The notes under the pieces are model-generated. The model saw only the letters and a program-made list of their open reading frames with translations, did not search any database and was not told where the DNA came from. 64,000 nt of DNA from an uncultured Actinomycetes bacterium (GTDB taxonomy: Bacteria > Actinomycetota > Thermoleophilia > UBA2241). Of the stretch, positions 19,853 to 28,482 are shown piece by piece (the stretch's first letter is position 1; every line of letters begins with the position of its first letter). The stretch covers positions 32,001-96,000 of the forward strand of contig CAVRZA010000003.1 of the NCBI GenBank assembly GCA_963725665.1, in the 5' to 3' direction. Made by a program: the position numbers and the translations under genes.

Positions 19853-21595
19853 CTAGCGGCCTCCGCCCCTATCTGATTGCTCGAAGGCAAGGAGCAATCC
19901 CAGGGCGACCCCGTACCGGGGTCCATGCGTCCCGTCGATGTTGGCCGTGCCGACGATGGTCTCCAGGTGCTGTACCGACTCACCCACGATGCGGACCGCC
20001 TCCGCATCCAGTGCGGCACCCCCGGATAGGAGGAGTGTGCTGGGTCTTCCCTTCAGCCACCTCAAGCACCTAACGACGTTGGCTCCGATCACTCGCTGCT
20101 TGATGGCGAGCCGCAACGGTCTCCATTCCTCGGGCGCCAGTCGATCGGAGAAGGGAGTGGGCGTCGCACCCCGCAGGAAGCACAAGCGACCGAGCGCGGC
20201 TGCGGGTAGCGGGGTCTCTACGAAGGACCTGCTTCCGTCCTCATAGTGCACCATGTGAGGCGCCTCGACGCGCAGGGAGACGAACTTCTTCACCGATTCG
20301 CCTACTCTCTTGCGCAGACCCAGCGCCTTCGCTACTGACACCGTCAGGAGCTCTCCGGCGCCCGCGGCCGTGATGCGCTGGTCTCCCCACACGAGATCGA
20401 TAGTGCCTCCGCCCATGTCGCACACGGCCGCGTCCTCCGGGGCGCCCGGCGTGGTCAGGGCTCCGAGGGCAGCAGCCTCTGCTTCAGACGCCATCACGTG
20501 GACCGGGCGTCCCGCCGCTTCCGCCAAGACCCGTTCCGGGCGCGATGACGAAGGGGGCGCTGACACAAGCGCGGCGATCGGCACCTCGGCGAGCTGGATC
20601 GATCCCTCTCTGGGGAGGAACTGCCCTCGTATCGACGGCAAATCGACAGCGAACACGTCGCGGATTCGTTCCTGGACACCCCCGAGCGCGTCGCAGAGAG
20701 GCAAGCCTTTGGGGACGTGGACCCTGCGCACAGAACCGGGCCGCAGAGAATCGACATGCTCCAGCAGGCGATGGGAGAGGGGGAGCCGGCTCACGACTCC
20801 GTCTCCCTCATACTCGAGCCATCCGGTCTCGCTGCTCTCGATGTGGTGCTCGACATCTCGGCACAGGGCGAGAGCAGCGCATCGCGCGTCGGCGAGACCC
20901 AGTGTCACATCGTTGAGCAAACGAGCCTGCGTCGGCGCGAGTCCGAAGGCGGCGACCAGGGCCACGGGATCACCCAGGACCTTCACGCGCGCGCCTGGGC
21001 CGGCCACCTCGACGGCGATCGGTTCGCCGGCCTGCAGGCCGACCACGTCAGCTTCGTCGACGATAGGGATCGTCCGCGGGATGCGATTCGCGATGAGAAC
21101 GGCATCGTCGCCCGCCACGACGGCTGCCACAACCGGCAGCTGCATGGCCAGAGCCTGGGAGATCGTGTCGGCGGCCTCCTCGAAATCGGTCCTGGAGGGC
21201 ACGGAGACGATGAGCGATCCACTCCGCCCAGCGTGGCTTCTGAGATCACGGAGAGGCACATGGAAGCCGGCCGCGAAGCCGATCCCCGCGGGCGTGCCGG
21301 CAGACGGATCATCCAGCCGCCGAAGCAGGGGCGAGCCGCCGGAATGAGAGGGCAGCGAGGCCGAGAGCGTGATGACGGGCTGGAGCGGAGGCAGGAGCAG
21401 AAGCTCGGACCTTCTTCCCATCGCCTGCTCGGCGCGTAGTACAAGGCGCGCGGCATTCCTCACTGAGTCGTCGCTGCCTTTCCCCCCGACGGTCCAGGCG
21501 CGCCGAGCGATCAAGGTCGTGACCGACCCGCGCTCCACTTCGGCGATGAGAACCTCGGTCGTCGTGTTGCCGATGTCAACGCCGGCGACGATCAT
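19853..21595 (-). CDS. pduG: diol/glycerol dehydratase reactivase alpha-like ATPase
   Basis: AGVDIGNTTTE, DDAVLIANR, EAEAAALGALTTPG, DMGGGT, AGAGELLT, GPRYGVALGL. Confidence 0.85.
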   Translation of the reverse strand: MIVAGVDIGNTTTEVLIAEVERGSVTTLIARRAWTVGGKGSDDSVRNAARLVLRAEQAMGRRSELLLLPPLQPVITLSASLPSHSGGSPLLRRLDDPSAGTPAGIGFAAGFHVPLRDLRSHAGRSGSLIVSVPSRTDFEEAADTISQALAMQLPVVAAVVAGDDAVLIANRIPRTIPIVDEADVVGLQAGEPIAVEVAGPGARVKVLGDPVALVAAFGLAPTQARLLNDVTLGLADARCAALALCRDVEHHIESSETGWLEYEGDGVVSRLPLSHRLLEHVDSLRPGSVRRVHVPKGLPLCDALGGVQERIRDVFAVDLPSIRGQFLPREGSIQLAEVPIAALVSAPPSSSRPERVLAEAAGRPVHVMASEAEAAALGALTTPGAPEDAAVCDMGGGTIDLVWGDQRITAAGAGELLTVSVAKALGLRKRVGESVKKFVSLRVEAPHMVHYEDGSRSFVETPLPAAALGRLCFLRGATPTPFSDRLAPEEWRPLRLAIKQRVIGANVVRCLRWLKGRPSTLLLSGGAALDAEAVRIVGESVQHLETIVGTANIDGTHGPRYGVALGLLLAFEQSDRGGGR

Positions 21596-21631
21596 CTCGG
21601 GCTCCCGGTGCGGATCCCAGCGCCCCGCGGC

Positions 21632-22000
21632 TCAGCTCAGCCGGTGCAGTCCACGTCGCCCGTAGACCGCCGAGGCTTCCCTCACGAGCGCCGCGCACAA
21701 CGGTGCGTTCGACGCCTCGAGACGGCGTGCGATGGCCTCTAGCTGCGCGAGCGACGCCCGGCCGGGTCGCAGCGCCTCGTAGATGGCGAGGACCTCTGCG
21801 TCATCGAGAGCCGTGAGCTCAGCGGCTCGTCGCAGGTTCTCGGCCAGCCGCGCGTTGCCGTGTTGTTCCGCGACGAGCGCCTGGTGGCGGAGCGTGTCGG
21901 GGTGGATCCTGAGGTCGTCCGGCGACAGGCTCCCGTGCGCTGCCGAGTCGATGGTGATCTCGGAGAGCGGGCGACCGGATAGAGCGTGAGCGTCAGTCAT
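21632..22000 (-). CDS. pduE: diol dehydratase small (gamma) subunit
   Basis: DLRIHPDTL..QA..AE, LAENLRRAAELT, IYEALRPGRAS; ATGA overlap with the large subunit gene. Confidence 0.9.
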   Translation of the reverse strand: MTDAHALSGRPLSEITIDSAAHGSLSPDDLRIHPDTLRHQALVAEQHGNARLAENLRRAAELTALDDAEVLAIYEALRPGRASLAQLEAIARRLEASNAPLCAALVREASAVYGRRGLHRLS

Positions 22001-24276
22001 TTGACCACCCTCAGATTGACCGGCGCGGCGCCTGGTACGCATTCGTCGCGCTCGATCGCCATCATCGCGACGACTTCGGCGTGGTAGCGCGCCTCGATCG
22101 CTTGCTCCGTGTAGGGATTGCGTATGGGAACGGGCCGCAGGCCCTTCGCGTGCCGGCCGGCGTTGGTGCCCAGGGCTCGGTACATCTCCTTCGTGACGAG
22201 CGGGGCGATCGAGTAGAGCTCGAGGCAGGCGAGAGGAGGAAGGTCACGGCGATGGATGAGAGCCGTGCCTTTCGCCTGAAGGCCGACACCGATCCCCGAG
22301 CCGGCCAGGCGCGCCCCGGTCAAACCGACCATCCCCAGGTCGATCGTCGACCCCACGCGGACGAGGCGCGCGATACATCCCTCTTCTTCAAGGCCGGCCA
22401 GGATCTGCCGCAGGACCTCTCCCACGGGCAGCCCCGACATCGTGATCCACAGCTTCGTGGCCAGCGCCGGAGACACCCCAACGCAGACCTCACGGGGATC
22501 GACCCCCAGCTCCGCCTCGCCCTGTTCGATTAGGCGAACGTGGCCCGCCCAAGTCGCCTGTTTCCTCAGCAGTTCCTCCCTGGACCGTTGCTGACGGATG
22601 CCGGCCATCTCGGTCCGCCGCGCCGCCGTCACCTCGTAGCCCGTCCCAGGCCCCTGGTAGTCGTTGGGGTCCGTGATCTTCGAGAGGACGTTCATCTCTT
22701 CGTCGAAGATGGCCGCCGTCTGCAGGTAGTCGCCGGCGACGCGTGCTCGCCCCATGGCGAGCACGCGTCGCGCCTCCTCCCGGAATCCGGTGCGATCCAG
22801 GGCGCGAACCACGTCGAGGATGCCCAGCTCCTTCTCCCGGATGGCATCCGCGGCCTCCAGCACGATCCCGGGGTCCAGCGGTGGCAGATCTTTCGAGCCT
22901 TCCGCGGCCACGACGGCGGCGACGTGGTCGTCTGCGAAGTCGGCCAGGCCCAAGTCGCGGTAGACGGCCTGCACGGCTTCGGCAGCCCGTTGCCGCACCT
23001 CGCGAAGCCGCGCCTCATCCACCGGTCTTAGGCCGCCCTCGACGCCCCAATCCCTCTGCATGACGAGGTAGTCGTCCAGGTCCTCGCCGTTGAAGTTGGA
23101 CGGGCCGAACATGTTGTCGTAGCGCACGATCGAGCCGAAGCCCGAGAACAGGAAGTCGGATCCGGCTAGGACAAGGGGCACCGTATGGGCCGTTCGCCTC
23201 ACGTCTGATTCGGACACCTGACTGTCGTTCCCCGAACAGGATTCGAGGTCGTGAAGCATCACGAGCAGGTTCTCGGCCAAGAGCTCGCGCATGCCGTCGG
23301 GAACCGAGGCAACCACGCTGGCGCCGTCGATGCCGCCGTTTTGCACGCCCTGGGATCCCATCGCCCGAGCCAGCGCGACGCACCTTGACTCGAGGTAGCA
23401 CATCGACTTGCCTTCGGCGGCGCCCATGAGCACCTCCGCGCCGCCGCCGCTCGTGACCCTCATCTTGAGACCGCGAGAGGCGTACGCAGAGCAAAGGAAG
23501 GCCTTCGACCAGGGTGTGTCGTCACCGTCGACGAACACCTGCTCGGTTCCGTACAGGGAGACGGTCTCGGCATACATGGTGAGGCCGCGGAGGCCAAGTT
23601 CGAGCTCGAGGGCCTCCTCTATGGAGCACTGGGTGAGCGCGCCTGCGGCGCCGACCTGCGACCCGATGAGCACGGCGAGAGCGTTCGAGGGGGCGTCCGC
23701 CAGGACGGGCACCGTCGTCTCGAGCTCCCTGAACCCGAACGCGACCGCCGTTGCGGCGTCGGCTGCCAGAAGGAGAGGGTCATCGAGCCGGTTCGTGACG
23801 TGCGCTTGGATCGATGGTGTGCGTCTGACCCTCATCTTCGCGATCGCCATCTGCAGCTCGACTGGGCGGAGTCGCGCCACGACACGTGCCAGCTTGGCCG
23901 GCGTCGCTCCTCCGGCGAGCCGTGCAACCTCCTCGCGAGGCGTCGAGGGGTCGACGATCAGTCGCGCGAACGCGATGTCGGCAAGGCCGTTCGCCTCGAT
24001 GGCGACCGATGTGTCGATCCCGTGGTCGGCGATGTAGGCATCGACGATGTCGAATCGATCCCTGGGCACGCCGTCCAGGAGCACAACGTGGCCCTCGGCG
24101 TCGATCTCTATAGAAGGATCGGGGTCGTGCCTGCTTGCGAAAGCGACGAGGCCCACGTCGTCATCCTCTTGGGAGAACCCGTCGAGGTTGACCGGTCGCT
24201 TGTCGAGCCCAAGAAGCCGGCCGAGCCTGAAGGCGGTGTCTCCGTCTCCGCTGGCTGTCGCGTGTCCTTTTGCCAA
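21997..24276 (-). CDS. pduC: B12-dependent diol/glycerol dehydratase-like enzyme, large and medium subunits fused
   Basis: RRTPSIQAHVTN, ELETT, YAETVSLYGT, DGDDTPWSKAFL, YDNMF, NDYQGPGTGY; then the beta domain ILAGLEEEG, GSGIGVGLQAKGT, LELYSIAP. Confidence 0.9.
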   Translation of the reverse strand: MAKGHATASGDGDTAFRLGRLLGLDKRPVNLDGFSQEDDDVGLVAFASRHDPDPSIEIDAEGHVVLLDGVPRDRFDIVDAYIADHGIDTSVAIEANGLADIAFARLIVDPSTPREEVARLAGGATPAKLARVVARLRPVELQMAIAKMRVRRTPSIQAHVTNRLDDPLLLAADAATAVAFGFRELETTVPVLADAPSNALAVLIGSQVGAAGALTQCSIEEALELELGLRGLTMYAETVSLYGTEQVFVDGDDTPWSKAFLCSAYASRGLKMRVTSGGGAEVLMGAAEGKSMCYLESRCVALARAMGSQGVQNGGIDGASVVASVPDGMRELLAENLLVMLHDLESCSGNDSQVSESDVRRTAHTVPLVLAGSDFLFSGFGSIVRYDNMFGPSNFNGEDLDDYLVMQRDWGVEGGLRPVDEARLREVRQRAAEAVQAVYRDLGLADFADDHVAAVVAAEGSKDLPPLDPGIVLEAADAIREKELGILDVVRALDRTGFREEARRVLAMGRARVAGDYLQTAAIFDEEMNVLSKITDPNDYQGPGTGYEVTAARRTEMAGIRQQRSREELLRKQATWAGHVRLIEQGEAELGVDPREVCVGVSPALATKLWITMSGLPVGEVLRQILAGLEEEGCIARLVRVGSTIDLGMVGLTGARLAGSGIGVGLQAKGTALIHRRDLPPLACLELYSIAPLVTKEMYRALGTNAGRHAKGLRPVPIRNPYTEQAIEARYHAEVVAMMAIERDECVPGAAPVNLRVVK

Positions 24277-24342
24277 CCGATTGCCCTCAGCGCTTCTGGC
24301 TATCGCCTTGCGACCTCGCCACGGTCACGGACGTGGGCAAGG

Positions 24343-25111
24343 TCACCGACAAGTGTTGCCGCCGTCTACCGTCACCACCGACCCTGTCATGAAGCTCGAG
24401 TCGTCGCCGGCGAGGAACAGCACGACGGCCGCTATCTCCTCTGGCTCCGCCATTCGGCCGAGAGGGACATCCGAGCCGACGGACTCTGCGAATGCGTCGG
24501 CAGAGGCGCCAATGAAACCGGCTCGGGCGTCCAGGACCATGGGTGTCAAGGTGTCTCCCGGGCAGACCGCGTTGCATCTGATGCCGTCGGCGGCGTGGTC
24601 GATGGCGATGGCCTTGGTCAGCATCACGACGGCTCCCTTGCTGCAGCAGTACGCGACTGAATCCCGGCCGGCCACAAGACCCCAGTCGGAAGCGTTGTTG
24701 ACGATGACTCCCCGCTTCTGGTCCCTCATGAACGGAACGACCGCTTGGGCGTAGAGGAACTGACCGAAGAGGTTGACCTCGATCACCCGGCGAAATCTCA
24801 AGAGTGGTCGTCAGGACGGTCCCGGCGTCGATCATGCCCGCGTTGTTGAACAGCACATCGATGCGGCCGTACCTGGCCACCGTCGCCGTCACGACCCGAC
24901 GGACATCATCAGGATCCGTCACGTCGCCGGGTGCGAAGAAGGCATCGGTGGCCCCCTCTGTGCTGCACGCGACGACGACCTGGCGTCCTCTATCCACGTC
25001 GCGTCCTGTCAGGGCCAGAGCGGCACCTTCGCAGGCGAACGCGTGAGCCGTCGCCGTGCCGATCCCCGAAGAGGCTCCAGTGATCAAGCAGACCCTGTCC
25101 TTCAGCCGCAA
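24343..25111 (-). CDS. SDR oxidoreductase, frameshifted near 24795
   Basis: TGASSGIG and NNAG in one frame; YCCSK, NAVCPG and VDGG in the other; TTG start after GGAGG. Confidence 0.85.
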
Positions 25112-25333
25112 GCGTCCCTCCTGCTGGATCGGCCCACTCTCGTCATTCTCTCCTATCAACCGCCCGGAGTCTCGTCGCAGAACGCACTGGCACCAGTGGC
25201 TCTTCTCAGGCAGGCGTGCTGAGTGCGGCGAATCCTACCCAGGGACAAGGTCTCCCATCCAGTGCGGCAGCGATCGCCAGCCCCGCCTGGTGCTCGTTGC
25301 ACACAGCGCCAGCGTCGCCGGCCGCCCGCTGCA

Positions 25334-25425
25334 GACGTCGTGAGCGCAGCAGACCGCTCCTACCGACGTCGTGAGCGCAGCAGACCGCTCCTACCGACGT
25401 TGCGAGCGCAGCAGACCGCTCCTAC
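25334..25425. repeat. tandem repeat, three copies of a 31-bp unit
   Basis: GACGTCGTGAGCGCAGCAGACCGCTCCTACC at 25334, 25365 and 25396 (third copy has 2 mismatches), no spacers. Confidence 0.9.
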
Positions 25426-26252
25426 ACGCCCTCGAGGCGGCCGATACGCACACCGTCGCGCTCATCGACCGTGTCGTGCCAGGGCAAGGCCTCACCGAAG
25501 AGGCTGCGCACGCGCCAGCGCAGGCCTTTGGGGGCTATGCGAAGGGCCGCCTGCAGCTCTTCGAGAGCGCCCGACACCCGCCCGCGCGCGCCGGCGTCAG
25601 GCTCCAAGTGGGAGAGGTGCGCGCGGCAGCGCTCGAGGTTGCGCGTGACGTCGTGGTGCAGTCCCCAGTCGTGTGCGCACAGGCGCGCGATGTAGCGCAC
25701 GTTGACAGCACCGGGGGCATCGCGGTCGATCAGCGGCAGGTGTCTGAGGAGGGCGACGATGTCGCCCAAGTCATCCTCGTTCACGGCGGCGCGCTGCAAC
25801 TTCACCAGCAGCACGTCGCTCGCCGGCGCCGTGTAGTCCTCGAACCCCAGGCGCTCCTTCAGGGCGATCTGGTGATCTAGTCGGAACGTATCTACGAAGA
25901 CGTCGATGCGGTCATCGACGTGTTGCGACCTGCCGTCGTCGCGATGGACGCAAGGACGGAAGAACTGCGCCATCTGTCCGCTGCTCGCGAGGCGGTAGTG
26001 CCCGTTCTCGGCGAAGCCGCGATCGGTCAGCAGCGATACGACCTGCTTGAACTCCGCTCGTAGGCAGACAAGGTCGATGTCGCGGTACCGCCTTGCAGCG
26101 AGGTCGGCGCCGCGGCACTGCTCGCGCACGGCGAGCCCACCTATCAGACGCAGCGTTAGGTCACGGCGGCGCGCCGCATCGACGATGCGGCGCGCCTCCT
26201 CGAGCATCGCGTCGCGCCCGGACGACTCGACGTGTTCGAGGTCTGTCGGCAT
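25422..26252 (-). CDS. nucleotidyltransferase-superfamily protein (paralog of 50476..51462)
   Basis: LRLIGGLAV...RYRDIDLV (GG/DxD), IDVFVD, DVLLVKLQ, DWGLHHD. Confidence 0.7.
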   Translation of the reverse strand: MPTDLEHVESSGRDAMLEEARRIVDAARRRDLTLRLIGGLAVREQCRGADLAARRYRDIDLVCLRAEFKQVVSLLTDRGFAENGHYRLASSGQMAQFFRPCVHRDDGRSQHVDDRIDVFVDTFRLDHQIALKERLGFEDYTAPASDVLLVKLQRAAVNEDDLGDIVALLRHLPLIDRDAPGAVNVRYIARLCAHDWGLHHDVTRNLERCRAHLSHLEPDAGARGRVSGALEELQAALRIAPKGLRWRVRSLFGEALPWHDTVDERDGVRIGRLEGV

Positions 26253-26335
26253 GTCGTGCCGTACGTACCCCGGATCCGGGGGGCGTATTCCGGGGTTCGG
26301 CCGGGTGTGCGGGACGCGAGGCGGGGGGACTGACG

Positions 26336-26379
26336 GGGGGCGGGCGGCGGCTGCCTCGCGGCAGCCGCCGCCCGCCCCC
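26336..26379 (-). terminator. GC-rich hairpin downstream of SOD
   Basis: GGGGGCGGGCGGCGGCTGCC-TCGC-GGCAGCCGCCGCCCGCCCCC perfect stem. Confidence 0.65.
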
Positions 26380-26392
26380 GCGTGAGGCGACT

Positions 26393-26986
26393 CTAGCCCA
26401 GGTTCTGCGCCACGAAGTCCCAGTTGACGAGGTTGTCGAGGAAGGTCTGCAAGAAGTCGGGGCGCCGGTTCTGATAGTCGAGGTAGTAGGCGTGCTCCCA
26501 GACGTCGCACACGAGCAGCGGCTTCTGACCCGGCGGAACCGGCATCTCGGCGTTGGGGGTGCTGACGATCTTGAGCTGTCCGCCCTCGTCTACGAGCCAG
26601 ACCCAGCCGCTGCCGAAGCGGCCCACGCCGCCGGCCTTGAACTGCTCGGCGAAGGCCTCGTAGCTGCCGAAGGCTGCGGTCATCCTGTCGCCCAGCGCGC
26701 CGCCGGGGGCCCCGCCGCCACCCGGGGTCATCGAGTTCCAGAAGAAGGTGTGGTTCCAGACCTGGGCGGCGTTGTTGAAGATCGCCTGCTTGGCGGGATC
26801 GCCGGCCACGGCGCCGATGACGTCCTCTAGCGACTTGCTCTCGAGGTCACCTCCGGCGACGAGCTTGTTGAGGGTGTCGACGTAGGTGCGGTGGTGCTTG
26901 CCGTAGTGGAAGCTGATGGTCCGCGCCGAGGTGTACGGCTCCAGGGCGTCGTCGGCCCAGGGCAGGGACGGCAGTTCGAATGCCAC
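26393..26986 (-). CDS. sodB: Fe/Mn superoxide dismutase (Fe-type signature)
   Basis: HYGKHH, NNAAQVWNHTFFW, FGSGW, DVWEHAYY. Confidence 0.93.
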   Translation of the reverse strand: MAFELPSLPWADDALEPYTSARTISFHYGKHHRTYVDTLNKLVAGGDLESKSLEDVIGAVAGDPAKQAIFNNAAQVWNHTFFWNSMTPGGGGAPGGALGDRMTAAFGSYEAFAEQFKAGGVGRFGSGWVWLVDEGGQLKIVSTPNAEMPVPPGQKPLLVCDVWEHAYYLDYQNRRPDFLQTFLDNLVNWDFVAQNLG

Positions 26987-27187
26987 GATGACCTCCTTCG
27001 GGGATCTGTTCCGCTGCGACCGAGGCTATGCAGGCCGGTCGCGTGGGCAACAGCATACGTCGTCTCGTACGCCGTCGTTAAGTGTTGGGCCGTCGATGAG
27101 GCGAGGCCGCAGCCCACGCGACGAGGCTCGGGCCGCGGGCTCGAGCCCGCCTGGCGGGCGATGGAGCCGGATGGGCCGGGGTGGCGA

Positions 27188-27253
27188 CAGGCGCGCGGGC
27201 GGGCGCGGCGGGCGTCTCCCTCAAGGCGCCCGCCGCGCCCGCCCGCGCGCCTG
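27188..27253 (-). terminator. long hairpin closing the partner-switch operon
   Basis: CAGGCGCGCGGGCGGGCGCGGCGGGCG...CGCCCGCCGCGCCCGCCCGCGCGCCTG immediately after the STAS stop. Confidence 0.65.
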
Positions 27254-27257
27254 CGTT

Positions 27258-27587
27258 CTACCCCGCTTTGGCCTGCGGTGCGATGAAGGCTCCCTCGCCG
27301 ACGAGCTCGCGCACCTTCAGCATCGCGAACACGTCTTCGACGGCGGGGGAGAGGTGGCGCGCCCGGAGCTGGATGCCCTGGGCTCGCAGGTCGAGGCAAA
27401 GACGCACGAAGATGCCGGCACCCGAGGAGTCGATGAAGCGGACCCCTGCGAAGTCCAGCACGGCCTGGTCGCTGCCCCGCACGGCGTCGCTTACGACCCA
27501 GCGCAGGGTCTCCGTGCAGTCCAGGTCTACCTCGCCCTCGAGGTAGATGATGGGGGCCACACCTTTGTCAACTCGCGTGTGCAGCAT
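27258..27587 (-). CDS. STAS-domain anti-sigma factor antagonist
   Basis: LEGEVDL, LDFAGVRFIDSSGAG with the phosphoacceptor Ser. Confidence 0.9.
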   Translation of the reverse strand: MLHTRVDKGVAPIIYLEGEVDLDCTETLRWVVSDAVRGSDQAVLDFAGVRFIDSSGAGIFVRLCLDLRAQGIQLRARHLSPAVEDVFAMLKVRELVGEGAFIAPQAKAG

Positions 27588-28371
27588 AGTCAGCCCTCTC
27601 CTTGATCATACGGTCGAGCATGAGCGTCGTCCCGTCGTTCCCGGTATGCAGTGAGACCTCTTCGAGGCTCTCGAGGATGAGCTTGTAACCGTAGCCCATG
27701 GACACCTGGTCGCCGCTGCCTTGCGGAGCGGTCCAGTTCAGGAAGCTGAGCCCCCGGCCGCGGTCCGAGACGATGGCGCGCAGGCGGTCGTCGAGGATGC
27801 GCAGAGCCACCGTGCCGGTGCCGCCGCCGTGGAGGATCATGTTGGTCGTCGCCTCGGAGACGGCGAGGATGAAGCCTTTGCGCGCGGCTTCACTCAGAGA
27901 GACCTCGGCCAGCGCCAGGTCGGCGGCGTTGCGCGTCATGGCCAGTGACGTCGAGTCGGTGACCGCGTGCGCGATCAGCTCGGAGCCGCGACTCCGCTCC
28001 GTGCTGAGCTCTTGCTCGTCGAGGAAGTGCAGCCTGCCCCGCGCGACAGCGGACGCCAGGTCGTTGAGGATGTCCAGCAGGCTGCGGCGGTGGTCGCCGT
28101 GATGGCGCCGCCAGCCGTTGGTGTGGATGCCCATGATCTCGCAGCGGTCGCCGCGGGGGATGAAGCAGAACTCGTCGCCGACGGCGTCGTTGTAGTCGGT
28201 GATGGTGTGGCAGACGAAGCTGCGCAGGTTCATGGCCTCGCGGGCCCGCTCGATCAGGTCCGCCGGTGGCAGCGGCGAGAGGGCGCCGCCGACGACGATG
28301 CGCAGCGTGTCGCTGCCCGCGTCGTAGCGGAAGACTTGCAGCGTCACGGGTGTGCGCTTGGGTCCCATCAT
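27568..28371 (-). CDS. RsbW/SpoIIAB-like anti-sigma Ser kinase with an unknown N-terminal domain
   Basis: LAVSEATTNMILHG (N box), VSDRGRG (G1), MGYGYKLI (G2), GTTL. Confidence 0.85.
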   Translation of the reverse strand: MMGPKRTPVTLQVFRYDAGSDTLRIVVGGALSPLPPADLIERAREAMNLRSFVCHTITDYNDAVGDEFCFIPRGDRCEIMGIHTNGWRRHHGDHRRSLLDILNDLASAVARGRLHFLDEQELSTERSRGSELIAHAVTDSTSLAMTRNAADLALAEVSLSEAARKGFILAVSEATTNMILHGGGTGTVALRILDDRLRAIVSDRGRGLSFLNWTAPQGSGDQVSMGYGYKLILESLEEVSLHTGNDGTTLMLDRMIKERADYAAHAS

Positions 28372-28482
28372 GGTCTCACTCTGTATCGGTCGCTCGTCGC
28401 CGCCGGTTGAGTGCGCGGCGGTGCGGTCGCGAGCGGTCTTCGTCCGGCGCCGCGCCGATCTTGCCTCGACCTCATTGCGGCC

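Noticed and set aside
19853-24276. Pdu microcompartment locus
   Set aside because: No shell proteins, aldehyde dehydrogenase or phosphotransacylase in the window.
25160-25330. Cobalamin riboswitch upstream of the B12 enzyme operon
   Set aside because: Only a GCCACTG-like word is present; the other conserved B12-element motifs were not seen.
25334-25425. CRISPR array (31-bp repeats)
   Set aside because: Copies are head-to-tail with no spacers, and there are no cas genes in the window.
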